Below are positions 28,062 through 38,544 of a stretch of 64,000 bases of DNA, piece by piece. The stretch spans positions 34,715 through 98,714 of the forward strand of contig CAYLXA010000011.1 of assembly GCA_964387845.1 (NCBI GenBank), in the 5' to 3' direction. Below the pieces are notes generated by a model. It made no database searches, had not been told where the DNA came from, and worked only from the letters and a program-made list of their open reading frames with translations. This DNA is from an uncultured bacterium (GTDB lineage Bacteria > Omnitrophota > Omnitrophia > Omnitrophales > Abzuiibacteriaceae). The translations under genes were made by a program, and so were the position numbers. Each line of letters begins with the position of its first letter. Position 1 is the first letter of the stretch.

Positions 28062-28860
28062 CATTACTTTCGGAAGCCCGAACGAGTTTGTGTTGATCGC
28101 GGGCCCCTGTGTCATTGAAAACGAGAAAAGCGCGCTGCGCCACGCCGAGAAAATTTCGCAGGTCGCACGCGAACTTCAGATTCCGTACGTGTATAAATCC
28201 AGTTTCGACAAAGCCAACCGCTCTTCCGGAGATTCCTTTCGCGGTCCTGGTATCAAAAAAGGCTTGGCAATTCTGAAGAAAATCAAAAAGGAATTTGATG
28301 TTCCGATTTTAAGCGACATTCACGAAATTGCGCAGGTGAAGCCGGCTGCTGAAGTGATCGACATTCTGCAAATCCCGGCGTTTTTGTGCCGTCAGACGGA
28401 TTTGGTGGTTGCGTGTGCCAAGACGAAAAGAATTGTGAACGTGAAGAAAGGCCAGTTTTTGGCGCCGTGGGATATGAAAAATATCGTCCGAAAAATTGAG
28501 GCCGCCGGAAACCGCAATATTTTACTCACGGAGCGCGGCGTTTCGTTCGGCTACAATTATTTGGTGAGCGATTTCCGCGCGATCCCGGTCATGCGCGAAC
28601 TGGGTTATCCGGTTGTGTTCGACGCAACGCATTCCGTACAGCTTCCGGGCGGCTTGGGGCATGCTTCAGGCGGTAACGCCGAATTTATTCCGACGCTTGC
28701 ACGCTGCGCGATTGCGAGCGGTGCCGATGCGATTTTCATGGAAGTCCACGAAAATCCGAAGGAAGCCAAATCCGACGGGCCAAACAATTTGCCGCTTTCA
28801 GAACTCAAGTCGCTTCTTACGGTTTTAAAACACATCCGCCGGGTAGCGCCTGTCCACTAA
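28039..28860 (+). CDS. kdsA: 3-deoxy-8-phosphooctulonate synthase (Kdo8P synthase)
   Basis: [11 protein letters not shown] and [11 protein letters not shown] motifs. Start at the internal ATG, overlapping the pyrG end by 23 nt. Confidence 0.9.
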   Translation: MKPVRLLDITFGSPNEFVLIAGPCVIENEKSALRHAEKISQVARELQIPYVYKSSFDKANRSSGDSFRGPGIKKGLAILKKIKKEFDVPILSDIHEIAQVKPAAEVIDILQIPAFLCRQTDLVVACAKTKRIVNVKKGQFLAPWDMKNIVRKIEAAGNRNILLTERGVSFGYNYLVSDFRAIPVMRELGYPVVFDATHSVQLPGGLGHASGGNAEFIPTLARCAIASGADAIFMEVHENPKEAKSDGPNNLPLSELKSLLTVLKHIRRVAPVH

Positions 28861-28861
28861 A

Positions 28862-29827
28862 ATGAAATCCGACCGCACGCTGGCCAAAAAAATCATCAAA
28901 GTTGAAGCTGACGCGATCAAAGCGCTTTTGTCGCGCATTGACCAAAAGTTTGAGAAAGCGCTCAGCTTGCTCGAAAATGCCTCAGGCCGTGTCATCATCA
29001 CGGGAATGGGCAAGCCCGGTTTGATCGGCCGAAAAATCGCGGCAACACTTGCTTCGACGGGAACGCCGAGTCTTTTTTTACATCCGGCCGAAGCCATTCA
29101 CGGTGATTTGGGGATGGTGACGAGGCATGACGTTGTGCTAGCGATTTCAAACAGCGGGGAAACGGAAGAAATCACAAAACTGCTTTCCACGATTAAAAAA
29201 ATCGGCTCCAAATTAATCGCGTTAACGGGGAATTTGAAATCCACTTTGGCGCGCCATGCGGACGTGGTTCTGGATGTCGGCGTTCATTCCGAAGCTTGCC
29301 CATGGGGCTTGGCACCGACCGCTTCAACAGCGGTTGCGCTTGCGCTTGGCGATGCGCTTGCGTTATGTCTTGCGAAACGAAAAGGCTTTAAATCCGAAGA
29401 TTTCGCATTTTTGCATCCGGGCGGCAGTCTCGGTAAAAAACTGCTGCGCGTGAAAGACATCATGCGGACCGGAAAAGCGCACGCGGTTGTGAAAGAATCG
29501 ACCACCGTCGAGAAAGCGCTCTTTGCGATTACGGCTGCACGTGCAGGATCTTGCAGTGTTGTGAATTCAAGCGGAAGGCTGGTCGGGTTTTTTACCGACG
29601 GCGATTTGCGGCGTCATTTGAGGGAAGAGGGTGTCCGCATTCTTCAGATGCGGATTTCGAAAATCGCTACCCGGAAACCGACCACGATTTTGCAGGATCA
29701 TCTGGCAGCGGAAGCTTTTCAAAAGCTTCGGGACCGTAAAATTGACGAACTTCCTGTCGTAGATCAAAAGGGCCGCGCAGTCGGGCTCTTGGATGTTCAA
29801 GATCTTCTCAAAGCCGGTATTTTTTAG
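28862..29827 (+). CDS. kdsD: arabinose-5-phosphate isomerase (KpsF/GutQ family; SIS domain plus CBS pair)
   Basis: SIS motif ITGMGKPG... plus a tandem CBS domain at the C-terminus. Confidence 0.88.
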   Translation: MKSDRTLAKKIIKVEADAIKALLSRIDQKFEKALSLLENASGRVIITGMGKPGLIGRKIAATLASTGTPSLFLHPAEAIHGDLGMVTRHDVVLAISNSGETEEITKLLSTIKKIGSKLIALTGNLKSTLARHADVVLDVGVHSEACPWGLAPTASTAVALALGDALALCLAKRKGFKSEDFAFLHPGGSLGKKLLRVKDIMRTGKAHAVVKESTTVEKALFAITAARAGSCSVVNSSGRLVGFFTDGDLRRHLREEGVRILQMRISKIATRKPTTILQDHLAAEAFQKLRDRKIDELPVVDQKGRAVGLLDVQDLLKAGIF

Positions 29828-29909
29828 TTTTCCTGCCTTTTACTCCTTATTTCTTTTGCCGATTTCCATATCTCAAGTGTTTTCAATAGGTTACGTATCC
29901 AAACAAGGT

Positions 29910-29938
29910 TTGACAAAAAATCAGGCTCTCACTATAAT
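29910..29938 (+). promoter_or_regulatory. perfect-consensus sigma-70 promoter (TTGACA, 17-nt spacer, TATAAT) for the esterase-ilvBNC-leuA operon
   Basis: Seen directly. Both hexamers match consensus 6 of 6 with optimal spacing. Confidence 0.6.
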
Positions 29939-29985
29939 TAACTTCTCCATTTATCGATAGTTACGGCAAATCGGAGTTGTTGTCT

Positions 29986-30069
29986 ATGCTTTCCACGCGA
30001 AGAAGCATGAAACGCGCCTTTATGCGGCATGCGAATTCGCGTTTTTTATTCTTATATCTGAAATCATAA
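29986..30069 (+). CDS. candidate 27-aa leader peptide (MLSTRRSMKRAFMRHANSRFLFLYLKS) containing a stem plus T-tract (30012-30048)
   Basis: GGAG 7 nt upstream of the ATG. Internal AAACGCG...CGCGTTTTTT hairpin including the palindrome CGCGAATTCGCG. C-terminal FLFLYL. Confidence 0.25.
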   Translation: MLSTRRSMKRAFMRHANSRFLFLYLKS

Positions 30070-30085
30070 ATTATCTGGCAAGCAA

Positions 30086-30808
30086 ATGAAGCGACTACTT
30101 GGTTTGGTGTTTATAATCTGCGGGCTATGTATTTTTGCCAACCGTTCTTTTGCCGAGTTTTACGGTGATCCGGTGCTCGGTCTGGTTGATTTCAAGGAAG
30201 ACCGCTACGGCGCGTCATTCTACGTTCCGGAAAATTATGATGCCAAGCAAGATTGGCCGCTTGCCGTGGTGCTTTATTCGGATGAGGCAGAAAAAGGAAA
30301 ATTGTTTGTCGATAAATGGCTTGCGGAAGCCAAAAAGCGGAAGGTAATCGCTCTTTTTATATCGTATCTGAATCCGCAGGAAATGCCGTTCGGCTCCGAC
30401 GAACGGACGCTCGGGATTGTGGAAGAGATCAAGCGGCGTTATTCGATCGCGAGCGACAAAATTTTACTTTCAGCGTTCGGCGAAGCCGCTCATTACGCTT
30501 ATTATTTGGCGTTCCGGTATCCCGACGAATTTCGGATGGTTGGCTTAATCGGCGGCGGCGCAGAAGGCCGCTATGAACCATTTTTAAATTACGGTCACAG
30601 TAAAGTTAAAAATGTTTCGTTTTTGATTTTGTACGGTATGAAGGATCCGTTGATTGATGGGACAAATTTTACCGAGAAGCATAAACAGCTTGCGCTGCGC
30701 GGGCAGAATATCGAAATTGAAGCATTTGAAAATTTAGACCGCAAGGCTTATCCGGAACAAATCGGAAAAGTCATGGACTGGTTTACAACACTGAAAAAAA
30801 TAAAATGA
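30086..30808 (+). CDS. secreted alpha/beta-hydrolase (esterase / PHB-depolymerase-like)
   Basis: N-terminal signal peptide (MKRLLGLVFIICGLCIFANRSFA). Esterase-like core. Stop overlaps the ilvB ATG (ATGA). Confidence 0.6.
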   Translation: MKRLLGLVFIICGLCIFANRSFAEFYGDPVLGLVDFKEDRYGASFYVPENYDAKQDWPLAVVLYSDEAEKGKLFVDKWLAEAKKRKVIALFISYLNPQEMPFGSDERTLGIVEEIKRRYSIASDKILLSAFGEAAHYAYYLAFRYPDEFRMVGLIGGGAEGRYEPFLNYGHSKVKNVSFLILYGMKDPLIDGTNFTEKHKQLALRGQNIEIEAFENLDRKAYPEQIGKVMDWFTTLKKIK

Positions 30809-32478
30809 AACTAACTGGCGCACAAATTACGATTGAAATGTTAAAGCGCGAAGGCGCTCCGTATATTTTTGGGTTGCCGGGCGGCGCGATTTTGCCGACC
30901 TTTGATGCACTATATGATTCGGGCCTGAATTTTATTCTGGTTCGCCACGAGCAGGGCGCAGGCCACATGGCAGATGGTTACGCGCGTTCAACCGGTAAGC
31001 CGGCGGTTTGTATGGTGACTTCAGGCCCCGGCGCACTCAATTTGGTGACGGCCATCGCAACGGCGAATATGGATTCGGTGCCGATGGTGTGCATCACGGG
31101 GCAGGTGGCGACTCATTTAATCGGGAACGACGCATTTCAGGAAGCGGATGTGATCGGCTGTACGCGCCCGATTACGAAACACAGTTATTTAGTGAAAAAA
31201 GTTGAAGATTTGCCGCGCATTATTAAGGAAGCGTTTTATATCGCATCGACCGGCCGGCCCGGCCCGGTGCTGGTCGATCTTCCTGTGGATGTCACGCGCG
31301 CGACGATGGAGTTTGAATATCCATCTAAAATTTCCATTCGCGGCTACAATCCGCCGATCGCAGGCGAGCCGGAAAATATTGAACTTGCGGCCGATTTGAT
31401 TGCCAAAAGCAAACGCCCGATTCTCTATGTGGGCGGGGGAACGATTGCAAGCGGTGCGAGCAAAGAACTTTTGGAACTCGCGGAAAAAACCGGTATCCCG
31501 GTGACCACAACGCTGGCGGGCCTTGGAGCGTTTCCGGAAACGCATGAACAATCGCTGCGGATGCTCGGCATGCACGGAACGGTTTATGCAAATTACGCGG
31601 TTCAGGGCTGTGATCTTTTAATTTCGGTCGGTGCGCGTTTCGATGACCGCGTGACGGGGAAGCTCGATAAGTTTGCGCCGCACGCGAAAATTATTCACAT
31701 TGATATCGATCCTGCTTCGATTTCGAAAAACGTGAAAGTCAATTGCGCGATCGTGGGCGATGTGCGCGCGATTTTGAAAGAACTGAACAAGCTCGTGAAA
31801 CATTTGAATTTGAAAGCGTGGAACGAACAGATTGCCGCGTGGAAGCAGAAGCACCCGATGCGTTTTGAAAATGGCGGAGACGGAATTAAATCGCAGCTTG
31901 TTATTCAAGAGCTTGGGAAAGCAACGAACTCGAACGCGATTGTGACCACCGGCGTCGGGCAGCATCAAATGTGGGCCGCGCAGTGGTTTAATTTTATTAA
32001 GCCACGTACGATGATTACCAGCGGCGGGCTTGGAACGATGGGCTACGGATTTCCAGCCGCAATCGGCGCGCAGCTGGCACATCCCGGTGAAACGGTGTTT
32101 TGCATTGATGGTGACGGTTCGTTTCAAATGACCAGTTTCGAACTTGCAACGGCTGTACATTATAAAATTCCGGTGAAAATTGCACTCTTGGACAACGCTT
32201 ACTTAGGCATGGTGCGCCAGTGGCAGGAAATGTTCTATAAAGAACGGTATTCGGGGTCTGAGCTTGGTTCTTCAAATCCTAATTTTGTGAAATTGGCCGA
32301 AAGCTTCGGCATGATGGGAATTTCGGCATCCAAGAAAAATGAGGTCCGGCCGGCGATTGAGAAAGCGCTTGAGCATGACGGGCCTGTTTTGATGCATTTT
32401 AAAGTTGAAAAGCAGGATAACGTGTTTCCGATGGTTCCGGCGGGCCAGGCGCTCGATCAGGTCATCGACATGGCGTAA
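30805..32478 (+). CDS. ilvB: acetolactate synthase large subunit
   Basis: ThDP enzyme: GLPGGAILP, GPGALNLVT, GIDGDGSFQM. Confidence 0.92.
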   Translation: MKLTGAQITIEMLKREGAPYIFGLPGGAILPTFDALYDSGLNFILVRHEQGAGHMADGYARSTGKPAVCMVTSGPGALNLVTAIATANMDSVPMVCITGQVATHLIGNDAFQEADVIGCTRPITKHSYLVKKVEDLPRIIKEAFYIASTGRPGPVLVDLPVDVTRATMEFEYPSKISIRGYNPPIAGEPENIELAADLIAKSKRPILYVGGGTIASGASKELLELAEKTGIPVTTTLAGLGAFPETHEQSLRMLGMHGTVYANYAVQGCDLLISVGARFDDRVTGKLDKFAPHAKIIHIDIDPASISKNVKVNCAIVGDVRAILKELNKLVKHLNLKAWNEQIAAWKQKHPMRFENGGDGIKSQLVIQELGKATNSNAIVTTGVGQHQMWAAQWFNFIKPRTMITSGGLGTMGYGFPAAIGAQLAHPGETVFCIDGDGSFQMTSFELATAVHYKIPVKIALLDNAYLGMVRQWQEMFYKERYSGSELGSSNPNFVKLAESFGMMGISASKKNEVRPAIEKALEHDGPVLMHFKVEKQDNVFPMVPAGQALDQVIDMA

Positions 32479-32501
32479 TTCATTATCGAAAGGGTACTGA
32501 C

Positions 32502-33071
32502 ATGGCTAAAACAGCAGCGAAAGCAGCAAAAAAAGAAGAACCAAAGGGCTCAAACGGGTCGGGCTCTATTGATAATGGAACGGTGCATACACTTTCTGTT
32601 CTGGTTGAAAACCACTTTGGTGTCTTGGCGCGTGTCGCAGGCCTTTTCTCGGCGCGCGGGTTTAACATCGACAGCCTTGCCGTCGGCGAAACGGAAGATC
32701 CGACTGTCTCGCGCATGACGATTGTCGCACAGGGCGATCAGCGTATTTTGGATCAAATCATCAAACAGCTCGGCAAGTTGATTGACGTGATCAAGGTTGT
32801 CAAAATTTTCTCTGAAGAAAAAATTGAGCGTGAGCTGGTTTTAATCAAAGTAACGGCTTCCAGCGCCAAGCGTGCCGAAGTTTTACAAATTGTGAACACA
32901 TTCCGTGCAAAAGTTGTTGATATTAACGCGAAATCGCTGACGGTCGAAGTAACCGGCACGAAAAGCAAGGTCGATGCCATGCTCGAACTATTGCGCCCGG
33001 TCGGAATTCGGGAAGTCGTGCGGACCGGAACTATTGCGCTCAGCCGAAAAGGCGAGCTGAAAGCTTCATAA
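32502..33071 (+). CDS. ilvN: acetolactate synthase small (regulatory) subunit
   Basis: ACT domain [28 protein letters not shown]. Lys-rich N-terminal extension. Confidence 0.88.
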   Translation: MAKTAAKAAKKEEPKGSNGSGSIDNGTVHTLSVLVENHFGVLARVAGLFSARGFNIDSLAVGETEDPTVSRMTIVAQGDQRILDQIIKQLGKLIDVIKVVKIFSEEKIERELVLIKVTASSAKRAEVLQIVNTFRAKVVDINAKSLTVEVTGTKSKVDAMLELLRPVGIREVVRTGTIALSRKGELKAS

Positions 33072-33084
33072 AAAGGAAATTAAA

Positions 33085-34116
33085 ATGAAAAAAATTTATT
33101 ACGATCAAGATGCGGATTTGAATCATTTGAAAGGCAAAAAAGTAGCCATCGTTGGTTATGGCATCCAAGGCCGCGGACAAGGTCTCAATCTGCGCGATTC
33201 CGGTGTTGACGTGATTATTTCCCAGCGTCCCGGCGGCAAAAATTACGAAATGGCGGTTGAAGACGGTTTTAAGCCCGTGAGCGCTAAAGAGGCGGCCCAG
33301 CAGGCGGATATTATCCAGATTTTAACCCAGGACCATTTACAAGCCGAGATTTATGAGAAGGATATCGCGCCGGAATTAAAACCGGGCAAGTCGCTTCTGT
33401 TCTCGCATGGCTTCAATATTCATTTCGGCTACATCAAACCGCCCAAAACGGTGGATGTGTTCATGATTGCACCGAAAGGGCCCGGCGCTTTGGTACGCTC
33501 GCAGTTTGTGGAAGGGGGCGGTGTGCCGTGTTTGGTCGCGATTCATCAGGATGTCACGAAAACGGCGTTGAAAGTGGGCCTTGCTTACGCAAAAGCGATC
33601 GGCGGAACCCGTGCGGGCGTTATTGAAACGTCATTCCGCGAAGAAACCGAAACCGATTTGTTCGGCGAGCAGTCTGTTTTGTGCGGAGGACTTTCAGAAT
33701 TAATCCGTGCCGGCTTCGAAACTTTGGTGAACGCAGGCTATGCGCCCGAAATGGCGTATTTCGAATGTTTGCATGAAGTGAAATTGATCACTGACGCTGT
33801 TTTTGCCGGCGGAATTTCCGGCATGCACCGCCGCGTGTCGGATACGGCGGAGTATGGTGATTATACGCGCGGCAGCCGCTTGATTACGGCCGAGACGCGC
33901 AAAGAAATGCAGAAAATTTTGAAAGAAATTCAGACCGGCTCTTTTGCGAAAGAGTGGATGGAAGAAAACAAAAAAGGCCGTCCACTTTATAACAAACTCC
34001 GGAAAGAATGTGATGAACACCCGATTGAGAAAATCGGAGCCAAGCTACGTGAAATGATGCCTTGGATTTCGGCTTCGCTAGAAAAAAAGCCAAAAGCCAA
34101 AGCCCTAGCAAAATAA
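33085..34116 (+). CDS. ilvC: ketol-acid reductoisomerase
   Basis: [23 protein letters not shown] Rossmann motif and the IlvC C-domain. Confidence 0.93.
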   Translation: MKKIYYDQDADLNHLKGKKVAIVGYGIQGRGQGLNLRDSGVDVIISQRPGGKNYEMAVEDGFKPVSAKEAAQQADIIQILTQDHLQAEIYEKDIAPELKPGKSLLFSHGFNIHFGYIKPPKTVDVFMIAPKGPGALVRSQFVEGGGVPCLVAIHQDVTKTALKVGLAYAKAIGGTRAGVIETSFREETETDLFGEQSVLCGGLSELIRAGFETLVNAGYAPEMAYFECLHEVKLITDAVFAGGISGMHRRVSDTAEYGDYTRGSRLITAETRKEMQKILKEIQTGSFAKEWMEENKKGRPLYNKLRKECDEHPIEKIGAKLREMMPWISASLEKKPKAKALAK

Positions 34117-34181
34117 ATTTCAATCCGCCTTTGGCGGGGAAATTTTGACATCATTCACATGAGCTTGGAGGTACGAATTCG

Positions 34182-35738
34182 GTGGAAACCAAACCAAAAC
34201 GAAAAATCTATATTTTTGACACCACATTGCGCGACGGCGAGCAATGCCCGGGCGCGTCTTTGTCGCCCGATGAGAAAGTTGAAATCGCCAAACAGTTAGA
34301 ACGTCTGAACGTCGACATCATCGAGGCAGGATTTCCGATTGCGTCGCCCGGTGAAATCGAAGCCATCCAGAAAATATCAAAAAGCGTTAAAAAACCCGTC
34401 ATTTGCGGCCTTGCCCGCATGATTGAAAAAGATATTCAAGCCGCTAAAGAAGCTTTGAAGTTCGCCAAGCGCAAACGCCTCCACGTTTTTTTGGCGACTT
34501 CCAAAATTCACCGCGAGCATAAGCTCAAGAAAGACCCGACCGAGATTTTAAAGCTCTCATCGCAGATGATCCGCGCTGCCAAAAAGTCTTTCGACGATAT
34601 CGAATTTTCACCGGAAGACGCTTCACGCACGGAACGCGATTTCTTGGTGGAAGCCGTTGCTTCCGCCATTGAGGCCGGTGCAACGACGGTCAATATTCCG
34701 GACACGGTCGGTTATGCGCTTCCATATGAATTCGGCGAATTAATTCAGCATTTGGTCCGCAAAATTCCGGAATTGGGCCGTTCCGTCAATTTATCGGTGC
34801 ATTGCCACAACGATTTGGGTTTGGCCGTGGCGAATTCCTTGGCAGCGGTTGAAAACGGCGCCAATCAAGTGGAATGTACGGTGAATGGCATCGGCGAGCG
34901 CGCGGGTAACGCGTCGATGGAAGAAATCGTGATGGCCATCGATACGCGCAAGGATCACGAAGCGTTTTCCAATCTTTATACCGATGTGAAACCGGAAGAA
35001 ATTACAAAAGCCTCCCGTTTGGTATCGCGCTTGACGGGCATGGTGGTTCAGCCGAACAAGGCGATTGTCGGGCGTAACGCGTTCTCACACGAATCCGGCA
35101 TTCATCAGGATGGAATTTTAAAACTCCGGCAAACTTACGAAATTATGGACCCGAAACGGATCGGGCTTTCGGGCAGCGAGCTGGTCATGGGCAAGCATTC
35201 CGGCCGTCACGCGTTTCGTGAACGTTTGGAAAAACTCAATTTTCATTTAAGCGCCAAGGAAGTCGACAAGGCGTTCGATCGGTTCAAAGTTCTCGCGGAT
35301 CAGAAAAAATATGTTTTTGACCGCGATATCGAAACCATTGTTGAAGATCAGCTGTCGACTGTTTCAAAAACTTGGGAATTCGATTATTTAAAAATCTCAA
35401 GCGAAACCGGCTCAACACCCAAAGCCACTGTCCGTTTAAAGCGGAAACAGAAAACGTTTGAAGCTACATCAGAAGGCGATGGCCCGGTTGATGCCTGCTA
35501 CAAAGCGGTCGAGAAAATCGTCAAAATGAACGCGAAGCTCGTTCATTATGCGATCCAATCCGTGACAAGCGGCAAAGACGCGGTCGGGGAAGTGACCGTA
35601 AAACTTTTAATCGGCGGCCAGGAAGTCGCCGGGCGCGGTACGAGCACGGACGTGATCGAAGCCAGCGTCAAGGCGTACATCTTTGCGGTTAATAAAGTCT
35701 GTGCCCGTTATTTGAAAACAAAACGCGCGCCCGTATGA
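34182..35738 (+). CDS. leuA: 2-isopropylmalate synthase
   Basis: GTG start with GGAGG 9 nt upstream. IFDTTLRDGEQ and HCHNDLGLA motifs. C-terminal LeuA regulatory domain. Confidence 0.9.
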   Translation: METKPKRKIYIFDTTLRDGEQCPGASLSPDEKVEIAKQLERLNVDIIEAGFPIASPGEIEAIQKISKSVKKPVICGLARMIEKDIQAAKEALKFAKRKRLHVFLATSKIHREHKLKKDPTEILKLSSQMIRAAKKSFDDIEFSPEDASRTERDFLVEAVASAIEAGATTVNIPDTVGYALPYEFGELIQHLVRKIPELGRSVNLSVHCHNDLGLAVANSLAAVENGANQVECTVNGIGERAGNASMEEIVMAIDTRKDHEAFSNLYTDVKPEEITKASRLVSRLTGMVVQPNKAIVGRNAFSHESGIHQDGILKLRQTYEIMDPKRIGLSGSELVMGKHSGRHAFRERLEKLNFHLSAKEVDKAFDRFKVLADQKKYVFDRDIETIVEDQLSTVSKTWEFDYLKISSETGSTPKATVRLKRKQKTFEATSEGDGPVDACYKAVEKIVKMNAKLVHYAIQSVTSGKDAVGEVTVKLLIGGQEVAGRGTSTDVIEASVKAYIFAVNKVCARYLKTKRAPV

Positions 35739-36607
35739 AATTTCCGAATTTCAAAGGGCCGAGCGATGAAATCCGGGTTTACGGCCTTTTCGGGTTTCCG
35801 CTTGGGCATTCACTGTCGGCCGAAATGCACAACGCGGCATTCCGTGCGCTCGGCATGGCGGCGATTTATCTTCCGTTTGAGCGCAGCTCGAAACAATTTC
35901 TAAAGCTCGCGTGTTCAAAAAAACGGATGATTCTGGATGGTTTCAATTTAACCATTCCGCACAAAGAATCGATTTTGCCTTATTTAAACCAAATTGATCC
36001 GGCGGCGAAATTGGCAGGTGCGGTCAATACCGTGAAACGCGATGGAAATCGTTGGACCGGTTGGAATACCGATGTTTTCGGGTTTCTGGCAGGGCTCCGC
36101 GAAAGTAAATTTCACGCGCGGGGCAAAAAAGCCGTTATTCTAGGTGCGGGCGGTGCGGCGCGGGCGGTGATGGTTGCACTTCTGAAGTCAGGTGTCCGCG
36201 AAATCGCGGTCATCAACCGGACGCAGTCGAGAGGAAAATCTCTCGCTCGAGAATTCCAGAAGAAATTCCGGAAAGCGGCCATCCGAAATGCTGCAAAAAC
36301 TCGGTTGAAACAGGAGTTGGCAAACACTGATCTTTTAGTGAATTCGACTTCGGTAGGTTTAAAGGCGGGCGAGCGCGGTCTTTTATCAAAATCGGATTTT
36401 CCGAAACGAAAAATTTTAGTTTACGACCTGATTTATCACAAAAAGACGCCGCTTTTGAAGCTTGCCGGCCGGCTCGGGCACCGGGTTCAAAGCGGCGAAA
36501 CGATGCTCTTGATGCAAGGCGTTAAAGCATTTGAAATTTGGACCGGGAAAAGGGCGCCTGTCAACGTGATGCGAAAGGCTTTAAAAGATGCCATCCGAAC
36601 TGCTTGA
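35735..36607 (+). CDS. aroE: shikimate dehydrogenase
   Basis: GLFGFPLGHSLS and NLTIPHKE motifs, plus a GAGGAARA Rossmann motif. Confidence 0.85.
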   Translation: MKFPNFKGPSDEIRVYGLFGFPLGHSLSAEMHNAAFRALGMAAIYLPFERSSKQFLKLACSKKRMILDGFNLTIPHKESILPYLNQIDPAAKLAGAVNTVKRDGNRWTGWNTDVFGFLAGLRESKFHARGKKAVILGAGGAARAVMVALLKSGVREIAVINRTQSRGKSLAREFQKKFRKAAIRNAAKTRLKQELANTDLLVNSTSVGLKAGERGLLSKSDFPKRKILVYDLIYHKKTPLLKLAGRLGHRVQSGETMLLMQGVKAFEIWTGKRAPVNVMRKALKDAIRTA

Positions 36608-37367
36608 TGTTTTTCTTTTTGTGTTTGGATTGATTGTCGGAAGCTTTCTGAATGTGTGTATTCACCGCTTTCCGCGCGAGGAGTCAATCGTTTCGCCCGG
36701 CTCGCATTGCCCGGCATGCGGCAAGCCGGTTGCGTGGTATGACAATATTCCGCTGGTCAGTTATTTGATTTTGGGCCGGAAATGCCGGCATTGCGGAATC
36801 AAGATTTCATCACGTTATTTTTTTATCGAGCTCATAACCGGCATCGCATTTTTAGCGTCCGTGCGGTTTTTCGGCTGGACGGGGCAGGCGGCTGCCTCGG
36901 CGTGCTTTTTGGCGATTTTGCTCGGAATCAGCGCGACGGATATGGAGCATCAGATTATTCCGGATGAATTCAGTCTCGGCGGTTTGGCGCTCGGGTTTTG
37001 TTTTAGTGCGGCGTTTCCGGTTTTGCACCGCGAAACGGAAATTTTGCGCTCTATTTTGATGAGCGCAATCGGCGCGCTGGCCGGCGGCGGCGCGATTTAT
37101 TTGACCGGCGTTTTCGGCGAATTTGTTTTCAAAAAAGAAAGCATGGGCGGCGGCGATGTGAAGCTCATGGCTATGATGGGCGCTTTTTTGGGCTGGCAGG
37201 GTGTCCTGCTGGTTTATTTTTTATCGCCGCTCCTTGCGCTTCCGCTCGGGGTTTACGTGAAATTCAGGAAGAAAGAAGATTATATTCCGTACGGCCCTTT
37301 TTTGGCGCTTTCGGGCGTTGTGGTTTTATTTTTTGGTGATTATTTACTTCGCAATCTCATTTTTTAA
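36588..37367 (+). CDS. pilD: type IV prepilin peptidase (A24 family)
   Basis: N-terminal zinc-binding CPACG...CRHCG. DUF/peptidase A24 membrane core with a conserved GGGDVKL. Confidence 0.85.
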   Translation: MPSELLDVFLFVFGLIVGSFLNVCIHRFPREESIVSPGSHCPACGKPVAWYDNIPLVSYLILGRKCRHCGIKISSRYFFIELITGIAFLASVRFFGWTGQAAASACFLAILLGISATDMEHQIIPDEFSLGGLALGFCFSAAFPVLHRETEILRSILMSAIGALAGGGAIYLTGVFGEFVFKKESMGGGDVKLMAMMGAFLGWQGVLLVYFLSPLLALPLGVYVKFRKKEDYIPYGPFLALSGVVVLFFGDYLLRNLIF

Positions 37368-37382
37368 GAAAAGAGGAAATTC

Positions 37383-38507
37383 ATGCTGCAATACATGACA
37401 TCAGGCGAATCGCACGGCGCATATTTGTCCGCCATTTTGGAAGGCATGCCGAGCGGCATTCCCGTAGACTTGGCGGCGATCAATCAGGATCTTGCGAGGC
37501 GCCAGCAGGGCTACGGCCGCGGCGGGCGTCAGCAGATTGAAAAAGACGAAGTTGTGATCACAGGCGGCATTTACCAAGGCAAAACAACGGGTGCACCGAT
37601 CGGCTTTTTGCTTGCCAATAAAGATGTCAAAATCGACAAACTTCCGCAGCTTTCGCGGCCCCGGCCCGGCCATGCAGACCTGTCAGGATCTCTGAAGTAC
37701 AACGAAGGTATCCGTGAAATTTTAGAGCGCGCCAGCGCCCGCGAAACCGCAATGCGAGTCGCGGTCGGCGGAATGGCAAAATTATTTTTGAAGCAATTTG
37801 ACGTCCAAATCGCGGCGCATGTTGTCCAGATTGGATCCGTTAAAATTAGCGAAAAGCAACCCGTCACTTTTTCGGATATTTTGAAAAAGAGAGAAGGTTC
37901 GCAAGCAGCTTGCATCGATCGCGATGCCGAAGCGAAAATGATTACATTGATCGATGAAGCTTTGAAAGCGCGCACGACCGTCGGCGGCATTTACGAAGTC
38001 CGCGCAAACCATATTCCGATCGGCTTGGGTTCGCACGTGCATTACAAACGCAAACTCGACGGCCGCATTGCGCAGGCATTCATGAGCATGCAATCCGTGA
38101 AAGCCGTGGAAATCGGCCTCGGGACGCGCGTTGCCGAAACGCCCGGTCACGAAGCACATGATGAAATCTTATATGAAAAGGGAAAAGGATATCGGCATGC
38201 CACGAATCGCGCAGGCGGCATTGAAGGCGGGATGTCAAACGGCGAAGAAATCGTGGTCCGCGCGACAATGAAGCCGATTTCGACTTTAAGGCAGCCTTTA
38301 CGCTCGGTCAATATGAAGACCAAGCAGGAAGAGCGCGCCGACTTCGAGCGTTCCGACATTTGTGCGGTGCCCGCCGGAAGCGTGATCGGCGAATCCATTT
38401 TGGCGTTTGAACTTGCGGATGCATTTGTTGAGAAGTTCGGCGGTGATTCTGTCACCGAAATGAAACGCAATTACGACGGCTATCAGGAACAATTGAAAAA
38501 AAGTTAA
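37383..38507 (+). CDS. aroC: chorismate synthase
   Basis: MTSGESHG, GRSSARETA-like and RSDICAVPA motifs. Confidence 0.92.
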   Translation: MLQYMTSGESHGAYLSAILEGMPSGIPVDLAAINQDLARRQQGYGRGGRQQIEKDEVVITGGIYQGKTTGAPIGFLLANKDVKIDKLPQLSRPRPGHADLSGSLKYNEGIREILERASARETAMRVAVGGMAKLFLKQFDVQIAAHVVQIGSVKISEKQPVTFSDILKKREGSQAACIDRDAEAKMITLIDEALKARTTVGGIYEVRANHIPIGLGSHVHYKRKLDGRIAQAFMSMQSVKAVEIGLGTRVAETPGHEAHDEILYEKGKGYRHATNRAGGIEGGMSNGEEIVVRATMKPISTLRQPLRSVNMKTKQEERADFERSDICAVPAGSVIGESILAFELADAFVEKFGGDSVTEMKRNYDGYQEQLKKS

Positions 38508-38544
38508 TCCACAGCATTCCCTCCGCTGGCTGATTGGCTTATCT

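Noticed and set aside
31618-32160. 180-aa minus-strand ORF inside ilvB, plus similar antisense ORFs inside pyrG (26676-27248) and topA (43842-44360)
   Set aside because: These are antisense shadows of well-conserved genes, with no start signals. They were treated as spurious.
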